A stretch of 64,000 nucleotides of DNA from a virus. Its lineage: Duplodnaviria; Heunggongvirae; Uroviricota; Caudoviricetes. Below, in pieces: positions 48,270 to 57,246 of this stretch. Both the position numbers and the translations under genes were made by a program. The stretch spans positions 84,614 to 148,613 of the IMG/VR virus record IMGVR_UViG_3300038443_000757; one strand, given 5' to 3'. How positions within the stretch are numbered: the first letter of the stretch is position 1; every line of letters begins with the position of its first letter. The notes under the pieces were generated by a model. It was given only the letters and a program-made list of their open reading frames with translations, was not told the origin of the DNA and did no database searches.

Positions 48270-49400
48270 ATGAACATTGCCGTTATTGGATTAGGTGGCG
48301 CTGGAGGAAATATTGCAGATGAAGCGGCAAAACTTGGATTCACAACTGGAGCAATTAACTTTTCTCAAAAGGATTTAGACGCACTTGACAATGTAGAATA
48401 TAAACTGAAAATCATGGGTTCTGAAGGCGTTGGTCATAATAGAGAGGTTGCATTGTCTCTTATGCAAAAACACTTTGACTCAATACACGAATTCCTTAAT
48501 GTTAATTTTTCTACACCATCAATTGAATGCATCGTTTTCGCGGCTTCGACTAGTGGAGGTTCAGGCGCTGGAATAATTTCAGTAGTAATAGATGTTGCAA
48601 CTGAAATGTTCCCTGACAAAGTTGTCTGTGCGGCAGTAGTAATTCCTGATGAATTCGAAGCAACAAAATCTCAAATCAACTGTTCAGAAACCTTTGAAGA
48701 CTTGTCCAAACTTGAGGTAGCAGTATTTCCAATTGATAATAACAAAGTAAGAAATTCTGGTGTTGGTAAAAATAAAGTCTTCGAAATAACAAATAAGACG
48801 TTCGTTGAACTTCTTTCCAAAATTGTTTCTTATACTGATAAGCACTCCAAAAATGGTAACTTTGACAAACGAGATTTGCTAACAATTCTAAAAACAAGGG
48901 GAGTAGCGATTATGGCAGAATCTGATATTGCTTCAATCAATAGCAAAATTTCATCGCAAGGAATTGCAGACTCCATTCATCAATCTTGGGATAAATCAAT
49001 ATTTGCTCCAGTAGAGTTTATTCAGGTGGTCAGAGCAGGAGTTATTTTCGATGCTCAAGAATATCTGATGGAACATTTAAACCATGAAACTATATTTAAA
49101 AAATTCAAGGAAGGAATGCCCATTGATCTATTCGAAGGCAACTATCATGAAAGCAACGGTAAAGTTCTTACTATTATATCTGGTCTTCCTTGGTGTAAGT
49201 CAAGACTTGCACAAGTCGATGAGCTTATTGAAAAAAGTAAGTCTAAAGTTGAGAGCGCACTTTCTGCTGAACAAGATACGTATCAATCCAAAGCGAAAGC
49301 AGGAGAGGTATCAGCGCTATTAAAAACTAGTTCCTCTGTTTCTCCACAAGAAAAACCAAAGCGTTCTGCAAGTGATATCTTTAGCAAATGGAAAAGGTAG
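48270..49400 (+). CDS. tubZ: tubulin/FtsZ-family GTPase (TubZ-like)
   Basis: VIGLGGAGGNIA, G.G.G.N, TSGGSGAG tubulin signature, DNN, NFDKRDL. Confidence 0.88.
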   Translation: MNIAVIGLGGAGGNIADEAAKLGFTTGAINFSQKDLDALDNVEYKLKIMGSEGVGHNREVALSLMQKHFDSIHEFLNVNFSTPSIECIVFAASTSGGSGAGIISVVIDVATEMFPDKVVCAAVVIPDEFEATKSQINCSETFEDLSKLEVAVFPIDNNKVRNSGVGKNKVFEITNKTFVELLSKIVSYTDKHSKNGNFDKRDLLTILKTRGVAIMAESDIASINSKISSQGIADSIHQSWDKSIFAPVEFIQVVRAGVIFDAQEYLMEHLNHETIFKKFKEGMPIDLFEGNYHESNGKVLTIISGLPWCKSRLAQVDELIEKSKSKVESALSAEQDTYQSKAKAGEVSALLKTSSSVSPQEKPKRSASDIFSKWKR

Positions 49401-49459
49401 TTAGAGATGAAGATTATTTTTGCTACAAGACAAATACTTGGAAAGTAGGAGGACAAAAA

Positions 49460-49681
49460 ATGCGTGTTCTTATTAATGGAAAAGATTTGACAGAGAGGGT
49501 TGAAGAGCTTGAACAACGTGAACAACACTACTTTGAAATTATCGACCTTGCCAAAAAAGCAATTATTATTATCATTGGGGCTTTCATTATCTTGCATATC
49601 CCTGATTTACTTGACATCCCTACCTACGTTTTACATCATATTAGGCCGAATGTCGTTGACGGCTTTGCTCAGATTCGCTAA
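49460..49681 (+). CDS. small single-TM protein
   Basis: AGGAGG RBS before MRVLING; AIIIIIGAFIILHI TM. Confidence 0.65.
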   Translation: MRVLINGKDLTERVEELEQREQHYFEIIDLAKKAIIIIIGAFIILHIPDLLDIPTYVLHHIRPNVVDGFAQIR

Positions 49682-49742
49682 TCGCAAGACAAATCAAAAG
49701 ACTGTTGTTCAATAAAATAAAATTAAAATTGGAGGAATCAAA

Positions 49743-49922
49743 ATGAGCAAACAAGAACAATTGGAAGCTCTGGTAAATGCTGTAATGGAAGGAGTAAAAA
49801 ATGGGAAAATGCCATTGCTTACAGAAGAAGGTTTCACAAAGCTTGGAGAACTAATGAAGGAGAGCGGACGAGGATTTTTGGTCGATTTCAGATCATTGAA
49901 GTCCGATGAAAATGTTGGATAA
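49743..49922 (+). CDS. 59-aa hypothetical protein, absent from ORF track
   Basis: GGAGG RBS; MSKQEQLEALVNAVMEGVKNG... Confidence 0.6.
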   Translation: MSKQEQLEALVNAVMEGVKNGKMPLLTEEGFTKLGELMKESGRGFLVDFRSLKSDENVG

Positions 49923-49962
49923 TCTATGATTATCTATATTGATAACTGTAGATATACAAAAA

Positions 49963-49994
49963 TCAGGATAGGAAACGTTGGTCTCCTATCCTGA
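49963..49994. terminator. hairpin/terminator between convergent units
   Basis: TCAGGATAGGA/TCCTATCCTGA 11-bp stem. Confidence 0.7.
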
Positions 49995-50070
49995 CAAATT
50001 TAAAAGAATATATCTCCTGTTACACAATAGTCAATTACAGAAACAACTCCATAAGCAATTACCCACCATA

Positions 50071-50265
50071 TCATATAATATTTTCACCCTCCTGTTCTTC
50101 ATTTTCTTGTTCCCATGTATTGGCACTACGAAGTCTTTTATTGTGATTAATAATGTCACCTAAAAATATGTTAGATATTGCCATAATTGAGTATAGTATA
50201 CCGAAAAATCCGCTAATCATTAAAACAGTAATCAATAACGCTATGACAACACCACTAATAGTCAA
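50071..50265 (-). CDS. small membrane protein
   Basis: N-terminal TM, 64 aa. Confidence 0.5.
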   Translation of the reverse strand: MTISGVVIALLITVLMISGFFGILYSIMAISNIFLGDIINHNKRLRSANTWEQENEEQEGENII

Positions 50266-50361
50266 TTGTCACCCATCCTTATCGGAAAATGTTACACCTG
50301 TTTAAATACCCATGTAAATTAACTTATTTACACAACGTACTACAAGTACACCCCCATATTC

Positions 50362-50395
50362 TTCGCGGATTTGACACGTCCGAAAAATCTGCGAA
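50362..50395. promoter_or_regulatory. operator-like inverted repeat
   Basis: TTCGCGGATTT-N12-AAATCTGCGAA (10/11), overlapping a TTGACA, 30 bp upstream of 50426. Confidence 0.5.
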
Positions 50396-50425
50396 CTTAA
50401 TACTATTAAGCGGGAGGACACAAAC

Positions 50426-50932
50426 ATGAAGTTCAAGGTACATCAAAATGGTTTTTGCGAAGAAGTGACGGCTATTGAATTGTCAGTAATCAAAGGAGAA
50501 GTTGTTTCGGCAAGGTTCAACAACTCAGGAGTTAGTATTCGCAAGGATGATTTAAAAAATACGTGGAAATATTTGAAGGAAGAATTTTTTGGAGGAAAAA
50601 AGGGGTCTATAGGAGTAGTATTAAAAAGTGGAGGGGTTTTTTGGCCTATCTTTGTGGATATGATTTTCCCATGGTTCCTTGATATTGCTAAGGTATGGTG
50701 TTGTATCAAAATTTGTCAGGCGTTTCTTCAAGAGCGCAATGGTTCCGCTGGGTCAGATGGAAGAACAGGACTTCAAGCTTTGGTACATTACGGGAAATGG
50801 TTTCTTATCTTCGAATGTATACCGTTTTTAGTTGAATTAATTGATCAAATCGGTCACAAAATGGTTGATCAACTTTCGCATCAACAAATAACTATTCCGA
50901 CCTCTGGAAATGGGCCAAGGATTTCGTATTAA
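50426..50932 (+). CDS. membrane protein, possibly VirB2/TrbC pilin-like C-terminus
   Basis: two hydrophobic helices in C-half; first gene of M23/ATPase/relaxase cluster; pilin call is inference. Confidence 0.55.
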   Translation: MKFKVHQNGFCEEVTAIELSVIKGEVVSARFNNSGVSIRKDDLKNTWKYLKEEFFGGKKGSIGVVLKSGGVFWPIFVDMIFPWFLDIAKVWCCIKICQAFLQERNGSAGSDGRTGLQALVHYGKWFLIFECIPFLVELIDQIGHKMVDQLSHQQITIPTSGNGPRISY

Positions 50933-50935
50933 AAA

Positions 50936-50968
50936 ATGAGCTACTTACCAAAAGTAAGTAGCTAAAAA
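50936..50968. terminator. bidirectional terminator
   Basis: AGCTACTTA/TAAGTAGCT stem flanked by A-tracts. Confidence 0.7.
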
Positions 50969-50969
50969 A

Positions 50970-51692
50970 TTAAATTTTCTTATATTCTTTAATTACTTTA
51001 GAAACAGAAGCTTCACTTATGCAAAGTTCTTTGGCAATATTTGTTTGTTTCCAATTTTCATTATAAAGTTCAATAATTTTGTCCATAATTTCTTTTGTAA
51101 TTTTCATTCCTCTATCGCGCTTCTTGTAAGAGCCTAAATTTAAATGCTTCCATGTTTTTCCGCTAATTATAAGTTGTATGGTTGAAATTGATACTCCATA
51201 TTCTTCACTGATGTCATACAATTTATAATTTCCTGTGCTATATTTTTTAAAAATTTCTACAACAAGATCATCTGTTAAAACTGCATTGAAATGGTCACCT
51301 CCCTTCATGCTCGTTCGTAATCCAGTATCTAATGCATGTTGTTGCTGTTCTTTTTCTGTTGCCCATTCTAAATTATTGACAAAATTATTCTCCTTTATCC
51401 CGTCTTTATGATTAACTTGCGGCTTATTTTCTGGATTCTCAATAAAAGTCAAGGCGATAAGTCGATGAACCTGATAAAAAGTCTTCTTTTTATCTTGAGT
51501 CAATGTTATTCTGACATACCCATCTTTATCAAACATGGTTTTCATAATCTTACTTTTAATCGTTCTTCCGCCGCTTCTGCTGTTCACCCATCGATCCAAA
51601 CTCCGTACCCTACCGAGATTACTCACTTCATAATAATCTCCATACTCAACAATTCCTTTTAATGGTTTCCAAATTTCCTGCATATTATTCAC
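50970..51692 (-). CDS. NUMOD4-HNH homing endonuclease
   Basis: EIWK..KG...YEVSNLGRVRS; VHRLIA..F..N....QVNHKDG.K.NN...NLEW.T..E. Confidence 0.92.
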   Translation of the reverse strand: MNNMQEIWKPLKGIVEYGDYYEVSNLGRVRSLDRWVNSRSGGRTIKSKIMKTMFDKDGYVRITLTQDKKKTFYQVHRLIALTFIENPENKPQVNHKDGIKENNFVNNLEWATEKEQQQHALDTGLRTSMKGGDHFNAVLTDDLVVEIFKKYSTGNYKLYDISEEYGVSISTIQLIISGKTWKHLNLGSYKKRDRGMKITKEIMDKIIELYNENWKQTNIAKELCISEASVSKVIKEYKKI

Positions 51693-51708
51693 TCCACTTT
51701 CATATAAT
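51680..51708 (+). promoter_or_regulatory. sigmaE-like promoter upstream of M23 gene
   Basis: GCATATT-14-CATATAAT; -35 overlaps HNH start region. Confidence 0.45.
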
Positions 51709-51722
51709 ATAATAATGAGGTA

Positions 51723-51751
51723 ATTTTATCATTTTTTCTTACATTTGTCAA
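51723..51751 (-). promoter_or_regulatory. sigmaA-type promoter of HNH gene
   Basis: TTGACA-17-TAAAAT with TG extension. Confidence 0.7.
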
Positions 51752-51777
51752 TACTTGGACAAAGAAGGTGAGTTAAA

Positions 51778-52560
51778 TTGATTGTTAAGATGAATGGTGT
51801 ATTTGACCGTATACTGTTTCCAGTGACAAGCGGATTCAGAGAAATTGACTCAGCACATCCTCATAACCATGTAGGCGTGGATATTGCGATGCCGACTGGA
51901 ACGGATGTTCTCTCTCCTGATAATGGAGTGATTGAACATATTGTTCATCAAGGGCACGAAGGTCTGGGCGAAGGAATTATAATGAAACTCCAAGACGGCA
52001 AAGAACTTACATTTGGACATCTATCACAAATCGATGTAAAAGAAGGAGACATAATTTCCATTGGTCAGAAAATTGCAGACAGTGGAAATACAGGACATTC
52101 AACAGGAAGCCATTTACACATCTCTCTGCAAGACACAAGTGGACATTACATTAATCCTTCACACTATGCTGATATGATGGCCCAACTAGATCAGCCGTCT
52201 AAGTGGGCACAATTCAAACACTTCTTTTCGTCTCCTGTTGATGGATGGATGAAGGAGATTGATTCAATAAAGGATTTCTTTAGACCATTCAGAGATTTCT
52301 TTGTATGGTGCGGAAGAATATCATCAGATGTAAAAGAACACGGATTTCTTCCATGGCTTGGAGATCAGATTTTATATACTTTCAAATTAGGATTTGAAGG
52401 AATATTATATTTTGACGAGTTACTATTTTTATTTCCAGCAATAGCCGCTATGGTAGCATATTTTGTAGTTGGCAAGAATAAGTATACAAGGTGGATAGTT
52501 CCGCTCTGGTTCTTTTATTTTGTAGCTGAAATAATGAAGGCCCAATTGAGCATCAAATAA
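51778..52560 (+). CDS. M23 (LytM) peptidase with C-terminal membrane anchor
   Basis: H.GVDI, TFGHLS, GNTGHSTGSHLH; hydrophobic C-terminus. Confidence 0.92.
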   Translation: MIVKMNGVFDRILFPVTSGFREIDSAHPHNHVGVDIAMPTGTDVLSPDNGVIEHIVHQGHEGLGEGIIMKLQDGKELTFGHLSQIDVKEGDIISIGQKIADSGNTGHSTGSHLHISLQDTSGHYINPSHYADMMAQLDQPSKWAQFKHFFSSPVDGWMKEIDSIKDFFRPFRDFFVWCGRISSDVKEHGFLPWLGDQILYTFKLGFEGILYFDELLFLFPAIAAMVAYFVVGKNKYTRWIVPLWFFYFVAEIMKAQLSIK

Positions 52561-52576
52561 AAGGAGAGTGTTACAA

Positions 52577-52729
52577 ATGGAATTCTTGTTGCTTGCAAAA
52601 ATCAATGCCGCTTTTCAAATTGCTGAGAAAATTGCATACGGAATAATTGGATTGGTTGCCGCTAAAATTGTAGTCAAATCAATTAAAGATTATAAAGACA
52701 GCGTAGAGGAAGATCGTTACTCTAAATGA
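52577..52729 (+). CDS. 50-aa single-TM protein, absent from ORF track
   Basis: AAGGAG RBS; MEFLLLAKINAAFQIAEKIAYGIIGLVAAKIVVKS... Confidence 0.7.
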   Translation: MEFLLLAKINAAFQIAEKIAYGIIGLVAAKIVVKSIKDYKDSVEEDRYSK

Positions 52730-52744
52730 AAGTAGGTGACATAA

Positions 52745-55537
52745 ATGAATTTTTCCCTTCCTTTTACAAGGAGCAAGGCTGAAACAATTAACTGGAATAA
52801 GTTTTTTAATATATATAGGGAACCAGTCATCACGTATTGCATTACTCCGAACAATTCCCCAATGAAAGACAAATTCTCTTCTTCTAAAAGGAAGGGAGGA
52901 CGCAGATTCGCTGAACATCCATTCTTGGATGATATGGAGGATTTCTATGAAGACTCTTTAACATCTGATACTCTTCTTAACACCATCACTGGGTTATTCT
53001 CCAAATTTTATTTACCTGAAAGAATACGGCTCACAAGAGATGGTGTAAAAGTAAAGCTTAATGATGTTGTGTCTTATAAGATCGTTTTTCAGAATGGTAC
53101 AATGAAATTTTACCTCACAGTTCCTGAGAAATGGGCAAAGAATTTCACCAATGCTATAAAGAAAGATTGGGGAAATGTTGATATCAACCAAATTTCCACG
53201 GACGTTGTAGACCTTAACCCCAAGCAGTGTAGAGCCTCTAGCATCGTGCTCAGACATCACCACTGCCTTTCTATCAAGCTCCAGAACCCAAGGGAGGGTG
53301 TTAGGGACACCCTGTACTCATCGCTGTCCTCGCTTGGTTCTACGCTGTCTAAAGACGACAAGCTGATAGTTGACTTAAATATTAAGCCTTTGGCTAATAG
53401 CTGGAAAGATGAAGCAATAAAAGAATATAGAAAGGCCAAGAGGGGAAAAGCTGTTCCACGAAAGGAAACTAGCTTTGGAACTATCGTTCAGGTTGTACTT
53501 GGATTTGCTGATTCCATATTGGGAGAAGTTGAAAACTTCTTTATGGATTTATTTAGTTCAAGTGACGATAAAAAGGATGATGGAAAGCAGGAGGATAGGA
53601 AATATTCCTATTCAGATGAAAAGCTTCATGCAAATGCCAATGGATTTCAAGTTCAGATAAAAGCCATTGCTGAATCTGACGATTCTAGAAAGACCAAACA
53701 TATATTGAAAGGAGTGCAGAACTGCTTCCAACAATTAGATGGAGATAATAAATTCGTTGTTAAACAAATAAGAACAAAACGCGGAATTAAGAATACTGTT
53801 ATCTCTGTAGTTAATAATAAGCCTCTTCCAATGTACGGGAAAGACATTTTCTGCGAAAAGGAGATGAATCAACTTTTCAAGATTCCAAGCAAACAGACAT
53901 TGAAAGAATTTAAGAAAATTATAGATCAGGACAATTTTACTAGAACTGAAATTTCTGAGGACTTCTTTAAAGAAGAAGTTGGAGCACTCCCATTTGCAAC
54001 AAGTCTTGATAAAGAGCCTAGAACACTAAATTTCCCTAATTACGAAAGAGAAGATTGGTCTGTCAAAGGAAGAAAGGTGGATAAAAAGACCCAGCTTGAT
54101 GACAGGTGTACTGAGACTTTAGTATTTGGTAAAAAAGGCTCAGGAAAAACGGAGATAAGTGTCAATCAAATACTTGAAACTTTTCTTGCTGGATTCAGCA
54201 CATCAATTGAAGAGTGGAAAAGAAAGTCCAAAAGTGTATTTGCTTTTGATGTTGCTGATGGAGAAATATTGACAAAGGTATGGAATCGCATACCTTCATG
54301 TCTTCGTCATAGAGTGATCATTCTCAATCATGCTGTTCCAGAACGACCAATACCAATCAACTTTTCTGAACTTGAAGAGTTTAACAGAGTGACATTAAAA
54401 GACCCTGATTACTCGTACAGACTTGCAGAAATAGAGGCTGATTTAATAACAGAAATTCTTAAAGTTGATCAAAGTATGTCAGTCGAACGATGGTTTAAGT
54501 ACGCACTTCAATCTGTGCATTATGCATCTCCTGATTGGGGAATTCCAGAAGCTATTAAAATGCTTGTTGATGACGATTTTCGTATCAATGAAGTAATGCC
54601 GTTAATATCTGACGATCCTGAAATGCTTCTTGAAATGGAAGCATATAATGAGATGAGCGCTAACAAAGAGAATGGCACTGTTGTTACTACTATTCAAAAT
54701 AGATTACAACAAGTTAAGGCAGAGCGTAAGCTGTGGGATTGCATTGCACAAAAACCACTGAGAGACGCAGAAGGAAAGGCCGCTATCAACTTCAGAAAGT
54801 GGGCAGATGGAGATATTGATGGAGCTTATTTGGTACTAGTATATATTCCAAAAGATGCAAGCCAAAAGTTTAGAAAATTCTTATTTGCCCATTATTTCAT
54901 TAAAATTTGGAGTGTAGCAATATCACGCGAAAAGGGATTTGCAGGACGCGAGTACAGACCTGAAACATTAGTCGTTATTGATGAAATACATCAAATAGTA
55001 GACGTACCAGTTGTTGCACGAATATTTATTGACTTGTTTAAAGAAGTAAGAAAATACTCTTTCAGGTTCTGGTTTACTTTGCACGGATGGTCTTCTCTTG
55101 CAAAAGCTGGAAGGGGATTAGAAGGAGATTTAAAACAATCTATACTTGATAATGGTGCTAATCTAATCATGCTTAAAGGTGGAGAGGATGCTTTTGATTC
55201 TCTTTCAAATTTTATGGGAGACATGACTATGCAAGATTATAATAATCTAATGAATATGCAATGGACTGGAATCTTCTCTATTTGGTGGGGAGGACAACAT
55301 GTATTCCAAGCAAAGATGTTGCCTGAATCTTCAAAAAGATTTAGGGGTTATGACAAGTGGGATTTGTACGATCTATCTAATTATATAAGTCCTTATTCCA
55401 GAAGTAGAGAAGAAGTTCGTAGAGATAACCTTAATCGTGTTGCAAACCTTCTTAAGAATTCCATTAAGAATGGTACTGAATCTGGAACTATGTCTGAAGG
55501 ACAAAGTTGGGAAGATATAGATGAAGAAAATATTTAA
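52745..55537 (+). CDS. VirD4/FtsK-HerA-like P-loop ATPase (coupling-protein-like)
   Basis: Walker A FGKKGSGKT; Walker B LVVIDEIHQ; RKY motif; 930 aa. Confidence 0.85.
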   Translation: MNFSLPFTRSKAETINWNKFFNIYREPVITYCITPNNSPMKDKFSSSKRKGGRRFAEHPFLDDMEDFYEDSLTSDTLLNTITGLFSKFYLPERIRLTRDGVKVKLNDVVSYKIVFQNGTMKFYLTVPEKWAKNFTNAIKKDWGNVDINQISTDVVDLNPKQCRASSIVLRHHHCLSIKLQNPREGVRDTLYSSLSSLGSTLSKDDKLIVDLNIKPLANSWKDEAIKEYRKAKRGKAVPRKETSFGTIVQVVLGFADSILGEVENFFMDLFSSSDDKKDDGKQEDRKYSYSDEKLHANANGFQVQIKAIAESDDSRKTKHILKGVQNCFQQLDGDNKFVVKQIRTKRGIKNTVISVVNNKPLPMYGKDIFCEKEMNQLFKIPSKQTLKEFKKIIDQDNFTRTEISEDFFKEEVGALPFATSLDKEPRTLNFPNYEREDWSVKGRKVDKKTQLDDRCTETLVFGKKGSGKTEISVNQILETFLAGFSTSIEEWKRKSKSVFAFDVADGEILTKVWNRIPSCLRHRVIILNHAVPERPIPINFSELEEFNRVTLKDPDYSYRLAEIEADLITEILKVDQSMSVERWFKYALQSVHYASPDWGIPEAIKMLVDDDFRINEVMPLISDDPEMLLEMEAYNEMSANKENGTVVTTIQNRLQQVKAERKLWDCIAQKPLRDAEGKAAINFRKWADGDIDGAYLVLVYIPKDASQKFRKFLFAHYFIKIWSVAISREKGFAGREYRPETLVVIDEIHQIVDVPVVARIFIDLFKEVRKYSFRFWFTLHGWSSLAKAGRGLEGDLKQSILDNGANLIMLKGGEDAFDSLSNFMGDMTMQDYNNLMNMQWTGIFSIWWGGQHVFQAKMLPESSKRFRGYDKWDLYDLSNYISPYSRSREEVRRDNLNRVANLLKNSIKNGTESGTMSEGQSWEDIDEENI

Positions 55538-55551
55538 GGACGTGAGACATA

Positions 55552-56097
55552 TTAAATATGCTTCCATCTCTGATTTGTTACAATAAAGGAGATGTTTTGT
55601 ATTGAAACATTAAACATAATACCTAATTCTTTATACTTGTATTCTCCGCTTTTATATAATTCTCTAATTTTTAAAACATCTTCTTCATTTAATTTTGATT
55701 TAGCATTATCCTTTCCTTTCATCTTAATTAAACCTGTTTCAATTGCATGGCCTATATTTTCTTTTCCTGTACTCCATTCTAAATTGTCAATATTATTATT
55801 GGACTTGTTTCCATCTTTATGATTAACTTCTGGACTATTTTTATCATTTACAATAAATGCAAGAGCAACAAGTCTATGAACATAATACATTCTTGATTTT
55901 CTATTTAACTTTAAATTTACAGAAAGATATCCGTTTTTCCCTTTCTTTGGTTTTAAGATTGAACCTTTTTTATTTTGTATTCTATTGTTGGCTCCAATAA
56001 ACACTCTATCTAAACTTCTTACATGACCAAAATTACTTATCTCATAATAGTCGCCATATTCGACAATACCTTTTAAACTTTTCCAAATTTCTGTCAT
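55552..56097 (-). CDS. NUMOD4-HNH homing endonuclease
   Basis: EIWK..KG...YEISN.G.VRS; VHRLVA..F, EVNHKDGNK.NN...NLEW.T..EN. Confidence 0.92.
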   Translation of the reverse strand: MTEIWKSLKGIVEYGDYYEISNFGHVRSLDRVFIGANNRIQNKKGSILKPKKGKNGYLSVNLKLNRKSRMYYVHRLVALAFIVNDKNSPEVNHKDGNKSNNNIDNLEWSTGKENIGHAIETGLIKMKGKDNAKSKLNEEDVLKIRELYKSGEYKYKELGIMFNVSIQNISFIVTNQRWKHI

Positions 56098-56121
56098 ATT
56101 TTTTATTCACCGCCATATCAT
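56094..56121 (+). promoter_or_regulatory. sigmaE-like promoter upstream of relaxase
   Basis: TCATATT-13-CATATCAT (spacer 1 bp short). Confidence 0.35.
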
Positions 56122-56138
56122 AATATATATCATACTAA

Positions 56139-56167
56139 ATTATATCATTTTTTATTACATTTGTCAA
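56139..56167 (-). promoter_or_regulatory. sigmaA-type promoter of HNH gene
   Basis: TTGACA-17-TATAAT with TG extension. Confidence 0.8.
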
Positions 56168-56179
56168 GGAGGGTGCGAT

Positions 56180-57073
56180 ATGCGCTCAGGATGGTATGAA
56201 AGAATCGAGTATCCACGTATCAATGAAGATTGGGTTAAACTTCATTGCAAAAATATCACAAGAAGGGAGCGTGAATTGCTTCGAATTATTAATTACAGAA
56301 AACTCGTTCGCCGTGACCATCTCGAAATACTCTCTCCTGATTACAGAACTATATCTATGCGAACAAATGTTCTTAATCGTTCAATTAAAAAATTATTTGA
56401 GAAAAGCTGTATAGACAAAGTACATGAGGAACCAGAATTTATGACAGGAAATTTACCTGCAATTGTTGCAGTTGACAGAGCAGGAGCTATAATTTTAGGA
56501 ACAAATTTCAAGCAAAGAATTAAACATATCAAACGAATCATTAACAACGAGACAAAAATTTTTAGAGAGATACCACCAAACTATCCACATTTGCATGGAA
56601 TCAATAAGCTAGAAGTTGATACAACGCTATGGGCATTAGAAAGGGGCTATAAATTCAAATGGTATCTTGAACAAAATAACAAGAAAACCTTTTCTTATAA
56701 TGGAGAAGATATTGGCCTGATACCTGATGTCTTCTTAATTCTCAACACAAATCCACGAATATTTTTATTTTTTCTAGAATACGATACTGGAACAGAGGAT
56801 AACAGGAGGGCTAAAACATTTCCTACATTACTTGAAAAAATGGAGAAATACCAAAAATACAAAGCTATTGGAGCATGGAAAGATGAATGGTGGGCAAAGA
56901 AAATAAATGCTGGATTCCCATTAGTATTATTTATAACAGATGACGACAGGCGAATTGACTTCATAAAAGAAAGGGGGAGTAAAATAGGTTTGCATGTTGA
57001 TGCTGTTTATTCTTCTAATTATATAAAAAAATTGGATAGTCTAACGACTATCCACAATACTCCTTCTCTGTAA
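56180..57073 (+). CDS. replication-relaxation (Replic_Relax) family protein
   Basis: N-terminal wHTH (RE.ELL..I), HLHGIN, .IPD.FL, FFLEYDTGTE, K...Y, FP.VLFIT. Confidence 0.85.
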   Translation: MRSGWYERIEYPRINEDWVKLHCKNITRRERELLRIINYRKLVRRDHLEILSPDYRTISMRTNVLNRSIKKLFEKSCIDKVHEEPEFMTGNLPAIVAVDRAGAIILGTNFKQRIKHIKRIINNETKIFREIPPNYPHLHGINKLEVDTTLWALERGYKFKWYLEQNNKKTFSYNGEDIGLIPDVFLILNTNPRIFLFFLEYDTGTEDNRRAKTFPTLLEKMEKYQKYKAIGAWKDEWWAKKINAGFPLVLFITDDDRRIDFIKERGSKIGLHVDAVYSSNYIKKLDSLTTIHNTPSL

Positions 57074-57128
57074 ACAGGGGAACTGTTTAGTGATGGGGTA
57101 AGAGCAAGGAGAAAAGGCATTTGGGTGC

Positions 57129-57184
57129 CTCAAGGTTAGCAGGATGTGGGAGACATTGCTGTTTAAGCTTTTGCTAACCTTGAG
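57129..57184. repeat. 13-bp perfect inverted repeat after relaxase
   Basis: CTCAAGGTTAGCA-N30-TGCTAACCTTGAG. Confidence 0.85.
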
Positions 57185-57246
57185 AGCAATTTCATTTTAT
57201 TCTATACATAACCGATATGCAATACGAAAAATATTCCATAAATGTA

